This document shows positions 14,865-24,547 of a stretch of DNA of 27,298 nt, piece by piece. The first letter of the stretch is position 1; each line of letters starts with the position of its first letter. The notes beneath the pieces were generated by a model. It made no database searches and was not told the origin of the DNA. It saw nothing but the letters and a program-made list of their open reading frames with translations. The stretch is from a virus (Duplodnaviria > Caudoviricetes). Location: IMG/VR virus record IMGVR_UViG_3300042363_000450, positions 1-27,298 of that record. The stretch is one strand, 5' to 3'. The position numbers were made by a program, and so were the translations under genes.

Positions 14865-17800
14865 TCAGTCTTCTTTGCCGTAGAATAGGGTCGAAGTGTC
14901 TTTGAAGACTCGGTCGGCAATACCTGGTGCGGATCCAGCCGGCGAGAATGGAGTGACCATCGCGCCCCCAGCCTTCATGATTTGCCATGCTCCACCAAGG
15001 TAATCTTCGTTTTCCATATTCTCTGGCAATTTCTTGATCGACTGAAGTAATTGATCAGACATATCCACCATTGGGTTTGTCGAAGATCTCCAGTTTCTCG
15101 GCGCATCCTGCTTTTCTCCGGTGAGTTGCTCGGTCGCCGCAGCAACTGCTGATGCAATAAAGAACTCAGCAGCAGCACCAAGCAGGAACAATCCCTGTAA
15201 CGGCCCAACGATCGCAGCGCGGATGAAGTTGTCGAGTTCCCACTCTTTGTCGTCGTCCTTGAATAGCGACCGAGTGACAGCATTAGCGACTTGGAACATC
15301 AGCCCAGGAATGACCCAATAAGCTAAGACCTTCCGCATTGTTTCCTCGTTGGTCGCTCCTCCCCGCTTCCATTTCATCACTGCCTCACCAACAAGTCCAA
15401 GTTTCTGTCGAGGATCCGAGGAAAACATCGACAGCAGGTTGAAGACTCCGCTGGCATCATTCTCGATCAGTGATCGACCAGACCAGTCATTCGGTTGAGC
15501 GGTTCGACTCACAGCAATCTCCATTTCACGAGCCGCATATTTGTGAGCAGCATCGTCGCCGGCACCGGCATCCTTAGCTTGAGCGAATCGGTCGCCATAG
15601 ACCATTGCCGCCGAATATGAGGTCAGCACAGCATCAGCATATTGGGTCGGCACAGACCCATACACCAATGCGTTCTCAACAAGCCTGAGAATTGCATTCT
15701 TTGATTTACCAGCATTTGCCAGGATGTGCCTGATCTCAGGAGTTCCACCAAGCTCAAGCCGGTTCTGGATGATGTTCGTGTCCCACATCTTGCCCCAATG
15801 CTCAACACCTCGCGTGAATGCCGCCGGCCATCTCGTGATTGGTATTTCACCCAATGAATAGAACACACTCGAAAGCGTCTTGATCGATGTGCCGATATTG
15901 AATGCGAGTGCCTTCATCGCCACACCTGACTTCAGGTTCCTCATCAGTTTTGACGAGTGCATGACGAGTGCGCCTTTGCCAACTCCTCGTGACATTTCAA
16001 GCTGTATCCATGCCGACAGTGTCTGCATTGCCTCTGCGCCATGACCAGACTTGATCGCATTCTGCACATCTGCATTCAGCATCACGGCTTGAGTGTCGCG
16101 AAGGTATTCAGCCATATTCACCCAGTAATCCATTTGCACGAAGTGCGCTTGATAGACTGCAAGTGCGCTTTCAATTCTCAGCGACGACGTGCGTCCTCGA
16201 CGTGATTTGACTGCGCCAGGGTTTACCGATTGCGAGACAACACCAGAGTTCAGCGGATCAAGGTTGGCTTGATTCCCCTGATGGTTTTTTAAGAGTGGAG
16301 CGTAGAACTGTATCTGCGGCATGCGCGTGTGAAACAGTTTCATGAAGACCTCGTTAGCAGTGTCATATTCCGCCGAGTATTCCGCGCCAAACCATGCCAG
16401 CCAGTTTTTGGCATCGTCGCTCATGAATGCCTCAAGCTCGGTCTGGGTAACGTGATCGTAGCCATGCACTGACTGTTGGTCGAGGATGCCTGGCTGTCGC
16501 AATGCCATTGCCATGTAAACAGCCTCCATCTGCGACAGTGGAATCTCAATGCGAGTGCCTGGTGTCTTGATCCTGTCGATGGTCAGGTTGCGCTTGCGTG
16601 CATTTGGCAGATTCGACCATGCATCCATTTCATCTTCCCATAGCTTTGCCTCTTCAGCAGAGTAACCGAATGTGGATGGAGCCTTGATGATCTTCGCCAC
16701 CTCCTCAACGGTTTTGGTGTCGCTTTCTCTGATCTCTCCGCTCAGGTATGTGACTCGACTGCGCTCGACTTTGGTTTCGAGTTTCTCCAGTTCTTTGTCC
16801 AGCTTGATCTTCGACTTGGTGCCATAGAGAGCACGCATGAAATCACGCAGGCTTTTCTTTCGTGCGGCTTGTGTTGTTTCAAACGCATTCACACCGAGGA
16901 TCATGCGCTCATCAAATACATCCGCAGTCTTATTTGACCTGCCAAAGATTGAAGACAGCACGAATCGATGTGAACCGAGTTCGCGAAGGAGTCCCTTCAT
17001 CATGCCCTTTGTAGTGCCTTTGCCTTTATCTTTACCTGCCTGCACTGTCGCTGCATTGGCCGCGCCGGCAAACGCATCAGCCTTGGCCTGCTCGACCATT
17101 TTGGCAATCTCCGCAGCACGAGCCTCGTCGATGATCTTGCGAGCATTGCGCCCCTGCGTCATGAGATCTTTGAGATACTCGTGTGCCACGTCCATCTCTT
17201 CAGCAGTCGTCTGCTTGCCGTAGAGATCGCCAAACACCTCAAGCAATTGACTCTTGGTGAGCGCATCAGCGGCATCTTCAGCAGTCTGTGCCGAGATGAT
17301 CTCAGCCTCATAGCGTGCCGCCTCTTTGACCGTGTCATCAGTCGAAAGGCTTGCCATGTCGATGATCGTGTTCAGTTCGTCCTGCACGGTGACGATAAAC
17401 TTGGATTTCGGAATCTCGCCGGCCTTACCTTTGACCGCAGCAGATTCCAACATCTTGTCGATGCGTTCGCCATACTCCTTCTTCAGGTATCGCTCGACCG
17501 CTTTTTCCATCTTCGGAATGCGCTCCTCAATAAACTTGAGACGTGCCTCGTCGGAAGACAGTTTCACCAATGTTGATATGCTGCCAATAGTGCCGCGAAT
17601 CTCGGTGGGCATCGATGACACAATTGCATCGTGAAGCTGGATCCACCCATTGAGTTTATCCTTCAGCATCGCCGCCTTCGCCTGCTCTGGAGTCGTCTCT
17701 TTTTCGAGCGACTTCTTGACCCAGTCAGGAGTCTTGTCGGTGACCTTGCCGAGCTTTGCAATTCGGCTTGCCTCCATCTCCGCGAGCTTGCGCTTTGCAG

Positions 17801-20800
17801 CACCTGGGCGACCGACATTGTAGAGTGCCTCACCTGAGATCGCTTGAGCACGCTTCAACGCCATCATGCCAATCTTGAGCTTGGCATCAGGTGATCCTTC
17901 AAAGAGCGGGCGCAGAGATTGCTCTATTCGTCCGGTGAAGTCTGATCGGGAGATTGAGAAAGTTGGGCTAGTCGAAGAGGTTTCTTCATCCACCTCAGTT
18001 GTAGACCCAAGCATGCGTTGACCAGTCGCTTCATCAATAGCCTCACTAGAAATAGGAGCACCTTTGGGATCGTAGGTAAAAGCGTAGCCGTATGCATCCT
18101 TGTTTAATCCAGCGACTTCAATGCCTGTCTTAATCTTTGGATTTACAGTAGCGAGATCCCGAATGATGTTGTTATCCCAGTCGCCAGTTTTCCATGTGCT
18201 TTTTGCCTTTTTGATGTTAATCAATAAACGCTCTCCTTGGTGCTCGACTAGGCCAAAACCTTTAGGTGCTTTAAAACTGCCTTCACCAAAAACTTTAAAC
18301 CCCAAACGGTCTTTGCTGGCAATAAAGTTAGCTTGATCGTTGATGATCTTTTGGTTAATCTCGTTAAGATCGGCTCGGCTCACTTGTGGCTTAATCACCA
18401 CTTTGCCAATAGCACTTCTAGCAACACGCTGAGCTATGTCCCAGAGTAATATACTAACGCCTTTAACATTTTGATTATCAAGACCCTCAGACACAGCAAG
18501 AGCACTGAGGGCTGGCAACACAGCAGCTTTGATGTCGGTCTCACCGGTAAGGATGCGAACGTCTTCAGGCACTTTAAAAGCCTTGCCCTCTCGCTTAAGG
18601 CTCATCGCCTCCCACGAACGACCGATGAGATCGGTCATGCGTGAAATAGGATCAGCTTTTTCTACTCCCTGACTTGGCTTTGCGTTTCGTCCGAGACTGC
18701 CTGTGACACGAGAAAGGACATAACTGCGGAGCCTCGCGACAGTATCGAGTCTAAAGCTGTTTGCTGAGCTAGCCTGCCCTCGTCCCTCAACCGTTGATTC
18801 ATCCTTTCGATCGCCTCGTCTTCCGCTTTCTGATTGATAGGATTTCTGCGGGTTGTTTTCATAAGATTCGACTACTTTTTTACTGATTTTAATCTTTGTA
18901 GGACCAAAGACTGTGTCTGTGATTTTTTCTACCTTATCTAATACAGAATCCAATTCAACAGCAAAGTTGCCGTCATAGAACCCACCGTGAATAGAGATGA
19001 CTGACGCGCCTTCATTGTCTGTAAGAACAGTATGCCCACCAATAAATCCGTCACTCATTCGACCTTGTGAGTCTTGCAGTTGTCCAAGTTCAGTCATGAC
19101 TTGGAGAATTTGATTGTCCGTGTATCCTTCTGGAAGGACAATCTCCAGAACTGGTGTCAATTTTTTACCTCCAAGCTTTTCAGTAATCGACGGGTTTCGG
19201 ATGACGTTTCCGCCAGTCTGTTCAAGTGCTTCAGCAAGCGCAATGTTAAACATTGATGTTGCCCATCTCGGTCCTGACATTTCAAAGACCACATTTGGAG
19301 ACATGGTTGCCCTGTAACTGCCGGTGCCAATTCTGACAGACCGCAAATTGATAGGAAGTCGAGATTCATTTAAAGTTTTTTGCATGCCATCCAGAAACCC
19401 TGGACCAGTGACTCTTTCGAGAAGTGTTCGTACTGGGTCGGTCTCTCCGCGCAAAGCTAACTTTTTGAGCACCTCATCAAAAACAGTTTTGTAAAGTTTA
19501 CCACCTTCCTCTGATTGCATTTCAAAAGGCATAAGTTGCCGAGCCTGGGTGGCATAAGCAAGCTCAGCAGCAGATACTGAACCGAGAGCTTTGGACATGT
19601 CTTTGCCTTCAACATTTGAGATGAGATCTTTCACCACATCCCTACCTTTGCTGGCGTCTACTCCAAACTCTTGGAGTTGCTCAAGTAAGGTTTCTGTTGA
19701 ACGAATTTTAGCATTAATTGCAGCCTGCTTTTTACTATCCTTCTCTCCATTTAACTCAGTTTTAAACTCGTTAAGAGCCTTGTTGAGTTGTTTCGTCGCA
19801 GCAGACTCAACTGTGCCGTCTTCAAATGCAATCGAAAGATCTTTTAGTGCATTGACCACTTCGTCGTAACTTGAGAAGTCGCGCATGCTCTTTCTGGGAT
19901 TCTTTACCTTCTCCATGCCCCACCGGTATTCTTGGACGTTGTAAGCCGTCCAAACACTCTTGCCAGCCATACCTCCGGAGGCGTTAATAATGTCAGCCAT
20001 CATGCCGCTGAGGGCTTGAGAAATGTCGTATGTCGGACCCTCGCCGCCAGCAGCCAGCAACATTGCTCCGTCCTCATTTGGTGAGTAGATGCGAATGGTT
20101 TGAGACTCAGGATCAAAGTCTAGGGTTTCGAGTTCTTGTGGACTAAGGTCACTCCATGATGAAACGTTTTTCTTGTTTTCACCGTATCGGTTATGCCAGT
20201 CGAGAACCTGAAGACCTTCAGGCGAATCAATGGAAACGCTGCGGCCGGCTTCTGGTCGAGGATCCACCCAAATGTAATTAGTCTTCTTATTGTCAAGCAC
20301 TTCACCAATAACAAAACCAGCACGCACGTTTCCAAGTGCAGCCTGATCCCACATGTCTGATGTTACCAGTCGGTCAAGCTCACGCTTTAACAACTCAATG
20401 TCGTCCATTGTTTCGACCTTCACCTCAACTCCGCCGGCAGTTTTTACAGAGACACTCAAAGATGTCGCCAGTTTTTTTGCAAGGTTAAGGATGCTGTCAG
20501 GATTTAAATCCAACCTGATTGCTTTGTGAAGTAGTTCAGCCGCACCGTTAAGGTAAAAGTTGCGGACCTTGTTATCAACGCCGGTAAGGTGCATTGCAAA
20601 CGCTTCACCATTTCGCCATTCATCAACAATGGTGCTCATACCAAGCACCTGATTTACTGTGCCTGCTTTGAACCCAGGAGTGAACTCTGAAGCAAACGCG
20701 CTAGCACCACCGCCGATTGCTTTTGCTGCGTTTGAGATGACAGATGCCCTAGGAGACAGAAATGCAAACCACCGCAGATAAAGGTCCGCAGCGTCGATAT

Positions 20801-23800
20801 CTCCAGTCGCAAGGTCATAACCGGCATCAGCCATGCCAGAGTAGAATCGCAAAGAAGCAGATGCAAGTTGAGGCGATGAGGCTGCCCATGTGTGCATGAG
20901 ATTCATCTGCTCATTTAGTTTTGCAATTAACGATTCACTGTCGGAAATTCCAGCAAGACCTGGAGGCAAAGAGTATGCCTTCAAATTCTCTCCTTTTGCT
21001 TTTCCAGTAACAGTGGCAACTGGATCGTAAATGTTGACTCGCGGAGGAGACATTCTGGAAGCCTCATCACCCGCAGGAGTTTTGATCATTATGTCATTCT
21101 GCGCACGCTTGCGAGTTGGGAAAGACGCGCCTTGATCGACGCTGGTCCACAACGCCTCATCGACAATAACTACTGGCTTCACACTCGCTTGAACCTGCTC
21201 AAGAGTAACTTCCTGAGCCATCGAAAAATTGATGTCTGGCGATGCTTGGTTAAACCGTTGACTTAGCGGGATGACATTACCATCGGCATCGTAGGTCACG
21301 GGGTCGGCGGATTTGATTTGATCCTTTGAAAACACTACGATTTCAGCGGTGCCATCTTCTGGATCGTCGGCGTATTTACGAATGAGCGTATCCGCATTAC
21401 CTCGATTCATACTACCTTCTGGCTCGCGTGAAATTTCCAGTTTGCGAGGCTCTAGGAATTTGTGAACAACCGTTCCCTGCTTTCCTGCCCACAATTCGGC
21501 AGTCTCGCGTTTTGGGAAAAAGTAGATGCCGCCTTGAATGGCGTCAGTCTTTACACCACGTCCTGCGTTTTCGGCGCGGAAACCTTCGATTAGTCCCGCC
21601 TTCTTCGCGGCCTCGTCCACCATGGCCTGAGCCTTCGCCATGTCGCCTGCCTTAGCCGAAGCGAGATGCTCAGCGTCTTGCGCGGGCGTGACACGTACCA
21701 TTGACATCGTCACGCCAGCATCCGCAGCAATGCCCGCAGCAGTGTCAACAACGCCATCAGCATTGCGGTTTGATACATTCAGCCCAACGCTCTTTTCAAG
21801 CGCAGCGACGAAGTCCTGGTTGAGTCCGTTCGCATCGTGGATCGCTTTCAATTGAGAAGCGCGATAGAGAATGTTGAGTGTCTTCTCACCGACAAGGTCG
21901 ATGGCATCCTTCAATTCCATGCCGGCAATGCTCGACTGGAGACTGCCAAGGTAGAGGTTGAGCGGCATGTTAGGAGTGAAGGTCGGACGCTCGACAGCTT
22001 TCGTTGTCTGCACATAATACGACTTCGCGATGTGCGAGAATGCCTCAATGATTTCCATGTTGGAAACCTTGTCGTCATCAGTGGTGGCGATGAGAGGCAT
22101 GTGCTTCTGCCCCATCTGCATAGCCTGATCCTTCATCTTTGCTTCAACATCCCTGATCTGTAGAATGAGCCTCGTGCGGCTCGTCGGATCACTCATCAAT
22201 CGTTTCACTCCGACTTCTGCGCTTTCCTCGATGAGGTCGAGAAGACTGCCTCCTTTGTAAAGCGTGATGACTCCAACAGAGATTCCTTCACGCTGCTCAA
22301 TTGAGTTTGTGCCGAGAATCCGGTAGTTCTTATTGTCGTTCGCTTCAGATTCAAGAGTAGCATTCTCAAGAGATACATCTTCAACTGCTCCATCAATTTG
22401 GCCTGTCAGCTTGATGCGCTCTTCGACTTGTGCGGTAGTCGATGGGAACAACTCGGTAAACTGTTTGGTGAACATGTCGTAGTCCATCATCAAGGCAACA
22501 TCAAGACCCTGCTTTTCCTCCAAGGTATTAACCATTGATGTAAGGAATTCCTGCTCTGCTTTTCTGATGGTGATTCGACTGTTTTTCAGATATCGCATCC
22601 ATGCTTCATTCGCTTCACTGAGTGAATCAAATTGTGCGCTGACTCCCTGATCAATGATATTGCCTTTGCCATCCTTCAGAATAGGAGTCGTAAACTGATA
22701 CTTGCCATTGCCAATGTTTGCTGGAGTTCCAAGGCCAAAGTTCTGTCTGGCTTTGTTATGCCATTCAAGTGCCGCTGATTCTCTGATGTTGATTTTTCTT
22801 TTAGATTCCTTGATCTGCTCTGGCGTTGCTTTGTTGCCTTTGTCGAAACCTTTGCGGAATAGTTTATCGACTTCAGTGTAGTTGCCCTTCAAGCCTTCAA
22901 CTGTGATCTGGTTGGCTAAGTCAGGAGCAATGCCTGTTGCCACCATATAGTCAGGCGATGTCATCAATGCGCGTGAGTTCTTCACGTCTGCAATGGAGAT
23001 TCTGCCTGCCATGAGGAATGACACGATCAGTGCCGGCCCAAATGTCTGCTCTGCAATGTCCGAGATCTTCGGCATGCGCTCATCCCAGTCAGCTTTCGAG
23101 ATTCCGCTTTCGATTGACCATGCAGATTGCCACTCAGAAAGCAGATCTTGGGTGAGCAAAGGTGTCGCAGTCTGCATGACCTCTTCAGAGATCTCGGTCG
23201 CCGTTCCGATTACAGTGCGCGTTGCAACGCGAATTGCTGCGCTCTTGACGCTTGTTGTTGCAGCTTTGAGCCATTTGTCGATAAATGGAATCTTGATCTT
23301 TCCTAGCGGCAAAGCATTTGAGATGAATTCCTGAGTTGCCATAAACGGTGCCGAAATAGCACCGACAACCTCTGCGTTCTCAAATGACACTCCTGCGTTT
23401 ACTGCCTCAATAGTTGCCTCATCCCTGAACTGACCTGTCATGATAGCAATCGACGCAGGGCTACTAATGAATGTCGCTGCCAGCAACGGAGTCATGCGTG
23501 CGACTCCAATGCCGGTTTCCTCCCACCAATTATTGCCGGCGATAGGATTGATTTTGCTGTGTGCCATCATCTTTACCTGGCCGGCTAAGACTTGGAGTTC
23601 TCGACGCTTTTTGGCAACATCTACAATTCCCTGCATCTCAGGGATGTTTTGATACAATGAAATTGCTTGTGATGTCAGCATCGACTCAGCCAATGACGCA
23701 GTGCCAGTGACTGCTTTTTCAACCTCTCGATCCATTGCAGTTGCCAGTTTCTGTAGATATGCCTGCTTCTCTTTTGGCGCAGCAGCACCCACTTCACCAA

Positions 23801-24527
23801 TGGCATTGATCACAAGTAGACGCTCTTTTGGTGGTAATGGTAGAAGACTTTCAGCTACCTTCGCAAACGTATCAGACACGCCTTCAGCTTTTGTATCATA
23901 TCCTTCAATGGTCTTCGCCGCCTGATCGATGATTGTTCGGTATGGCGCAAGTCTCTGCGTATATTCAAAGTGTATATTGCCAATCGAATCATAGTAGTCT
24001 TTTACACGACCAGCAACAGGCGAGCCGGTTAATCCCACGTCAAATTCATTCATTGCGCTAATGGCTGTAAGATTGCGAGCCGCTGCGCTAAAGGCCAGGT
24101 TGTGAGCATTGTCCTGTGCTTTGTAGTCTTCACTCACGAGTTGGTAGAACTCGTCATCAGTGACGCTTTTCTTCGGTGACTTAAAGTATTGTTGCGCGTA
24201 AGTGTCTTGATAGACTGGCAATGTCAGATTGAAATGATCAATGGGCTTTTGTTCACGCCGCGCAAGCCAGGCGACATTTGCTGCGCCTTTTTTGATGGTC
24301 GCGATTTCTTCAGGTGAAGCGCCATAACCGGCCATGACGTTGTCATCAATCTTAACACCTTCAATTGATGGTGATGTGAATGACTTTTTGATGCTTTTAT
24401 CTACCTTCAAATCTTCAGCTTGGAAGTATTCATCAAGAGCGGTTGCCATCTTGAACTTCTCACCATCAGGAACCGATGGATCTTCAATGCCTAATGCAAA
24501 TTCTTTGGCTTTTGTTTCGTCGATCAT
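14865..24527 (-). CDS. Giant internal virion / DNA ejection protein (large polyvalent protein)
   Basis: 3220 aa, third gene of the ejection trio, with hydrophobic helices near both ends. Internal degenerate zincin, ART-PolyVal-like and glycosylase-like modules. Confidence 0.85.
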   Translation of the reverse strand: MIDETKAKEFALGIEDPSVPDGEKFKMATALDEYFQAEDLKVDKSIKKSFTSPSIEGVKIDDNVMAGYGASPEEIATIKKGAANVAWLARREQKPIDHFNLTLPVYQDTYAQQYFKSPKKSVTDDEFYQLVSEDYKAQDNAHNLAFSAAARNLTAISAMNEFDVGLTGSPVAGRVKDYYDSIGNIHFEYTQRLAPYRTIIDQAAKTIEGYDTKAEGVSDTFAKVAESLLPLPPKERLLVINAIGEVGAAAPKEKQAYLQKLATAMDREVEKAVTGTASLAESMLTSQAISLYQNIPEMQGIVDVAKKRRELQVLAGQVKMMAHSKINPIAGNNWWEETGIGVARMTPLLAATFISSPASIAIMTGQFRDEATIEAVNAGVSFENAEVVGAISAPFMATQEFISNALPLGKIKIPFIDKWLKAATTSVKSAAIRVATRTVIGTATEISEEVMQTATPLLTQDLLSEWQSAWSIESGISKADWDERMPKISDIAEQTFGPALIVSFLMAGRISIADVKNSRALMTSPDYMVATGIAPDLANQITVEGLKGNYTEVDKLFRKGFDKGNKATPEQIKESKRKINIRESAALEWHNKARQNFGLGTPANIGNGKYQFTTPILKDGKGNIIDQGVSAQFDSLSEANEAWMRYLKNSRITIRKAEQEFLTSMVNTLEEKQGLDVALMMDYDMFTKQFTELFPSTTAQVEERIKLTGQIDGAVEDVSLENATLESEANDNKNYRILGTNSIEQREGISVGVITLYKGGSLLDLIEESAEVGVKRLMSDPTSRTRLILQIRDVEAKMKDQAMQMGQKHMPLIATTDDDKVSNMEIIEAFSHIAKSYYVQTTKAVERPTFTPNMPLNLYLGSLQSSIAGMELKDAIDLVGEKTLNILYRASQLKAIHDANGLNQDFVAALEKSVGLNVSNRNADGVVDTAAGIAADAGVTMSMVRVTPAQDAEHLASAKAGDMAKAQAMVDEAAKKAGLIEGFRAENAGRGVKTDAIQGGIYFFPKRETAELWAGKQGTVVHKFLEPRKLEISREPEGSMNRGNADTLIRKYADDPEDGTAEIVVFSKDQIKSADPVTYDADGNVIPLSQRFNQASPDINFSMAQEVTLEQVQASVKPVVIVDEALWTSVDQGASFPTRKRAQNDIMIKTPAGDEASRMSPPRVNIYDPVATVTGKAKGENLKAYSLPPGLAGISDSESLIAKLNEQMNLMHTWAASSPQLASASLRFYSGMADAGYDLATGDIDAADLYLRWFAFLSPRASVISNAAKAIGGGASAFASEFTPGFKAGTVNQVLGMSTIVDEWRNGEAFAMHLTGVDNKVRNFYLNGAAELLHKAIRLDLNPDSILNLAKKLATSLSVSVKTAGGVEVKVETMDDIELLKRELDRLVTSDMWDQAALGNVRAGFVIGEVLDNKKTNYIWVDPRPEAGRSVSIDSPEGLQVLDWHNRYGENKKNVSSWSDLSPQELETLDFDPESQTIRIYSPNEDGAMLLAAGGEGPTYDISQALSGMMADIINASGGMAGKSVWTAYNVQEYRWGMEKVKNPRKSMRDFSSYDEVVNALKDLSIAFEDGTVESAATKQLNKALNEFKTELNGEKDSKKQAAINAKIRSTETLLEQLQEFGVDASKGRDVVKDLISNVEGKDMSKALGSVSAAELAYATQARQLMPFEMQSEEGGKLYKTVFDEVLKKLALRGETDPVRTLLERVTGPGFLDGMQKTLNESRLPINLRSVRIGTGSYRATMSPNVVFEMSGPRWATSMFNIALAEALEQTGGNVIRNPSITEKLGGKKLTPVLEIVLPEGYTDNQILQVMTELGQLQDSQGRMSDGFIGGHTVLTDNEGASVISIHGGFYDGNFAVELDSVLDKVEKITDTVFGPTKIKISKKVVESYENNPQKSYQSESGRRGDRKDESTVEGRGQASSANSFRLDTVARLRSYVLSRVTGSLGRNAKPSQGVEKADPISRMTDLIGRSWEAMSLKREGKAFKVPEDVRILTGETDIKAAVLPALSALAVSEGLDNQNVKGVSILLWDIAQRVARSAIGKVVIKPQVSRADLNEINQKIINDQANFIASKDRLGFKVFGEGSFKAPKGFGLVEHQGERLLINIKKAKSTWKTGDWDNNIIRDLATVNPKIKTGIEVAGLNKDAYGYAFTYDPKGAPISSEAIDEATGQRMLGSTTEVDEETSSTSPTFSISRSDFTGRIEQSLRPLFEGSPDAKLKIGMMALKRAQAISGEALYNVGRPGAAKRKLAEMEASRIAKLGKVTDKTPDWVKKSLEKETTPEQAKAAMLKDKLNGWIQLHDAIVSSMPTEIRGTIGSISTLVKLSSDEARLKFIEERIPKMEKAVERYLKKEYGERIDKMLESAAVKGKAGEIPKSKFIVTVQDELNTIIDMASLSTDDTVKEAARYEAEIISAQTAEDAADALTKSQLLEVFGDLYGKQTTAEEMDVAHEYLKDLMTQGRNARKIIDEARAAEIAKMVEQAKADAFAGAANAATVQAGKDKGKGTTKGMMKGLLRELGSHRFVLSSIFGRSNKTADVFDERMILGVNAFETTQAARKKSLRDFMRALYGTKSKIKLDKELEKLETKVERSRVTYLSGEIRESDTKTVEEVAKIIKAPSTFGYSAEEAKLWEDEMDAWSNLPNARKRNLTIDRIKTPGTRIEIPLSQMEAVYMAMALRQPGILDQQSVHGYDHVTQTELEAFMSDDAKNWLAWFGAEYSAEYDTANEVFMKLFHTRMPQIQFYAPLLKNHQGNQANLDPLNSGVVSQSVNPGAVKSRRGRTSSLRIESALAVYQAHFVQMDYWVNMAEYLRDTQAVMLNADVQNAIKSGHGAEAMQTLSAWIQLEMSRGVGKGALVMHSSKLMRNLKSGVAMKALAFNIGTSIKTLSSVFYSLGEIPITRWPAAFTRGVEHWGKMWDTNIIQNRLELGGTPEIRHILANAGKSKNAILRLVENALVYGSVPTQYADAVLTSYSAAMVYGDRFAQAKDAGAGDDAAHKYAAREMEIAVSRTAQPNDWSGRSLIENDASGVFNLLSMFSSDPRQKLGLVGEAVMKWKRGGATNEETMRKVLAYWVIPGLMFQVANAVTRSLFKDDDKEWELDNFIRAAIVGPLQGLFLLGAAAEFFIASAVAAATEQLTGEKQDAPRNWRSSTNPMVDMSDQLLQSIKKLPENMENEDYLGGAWQIMKAGGAMVTPFSPAGSAPGIADRVFKDTSTLFYGKED
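18662..18862 (-). CDS. Candidate overprinted small protein in the +1 frame of the giant gene
   Basis: 66 aa with charged helical composition (KAEDEAIERMNQRLRDEGR) and an A-rich leader. The host frame becomes R/G/S-rich over the same stretch. Confidence 0.4.
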   Translation of the reverse strand: MKTTRRNPINQKAEDEAIERMNQRLRDEGRLAQQTALDSILSRGSAVMSFLVSQAVSDETQSQVRE

Positions 24528-24547
24528 TTGGATTCAGTCGGATTGTT

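Noticed and set aside
14975-22396. Other same-strand alternative-frame ORFs in the giant gene (14975, 15623, 17663, 19157, 20120, 20654, 22205)
   Set aside because: Leu/Arg/Ser-rich composition typical of frame shadows, and the main frame looks normal there.
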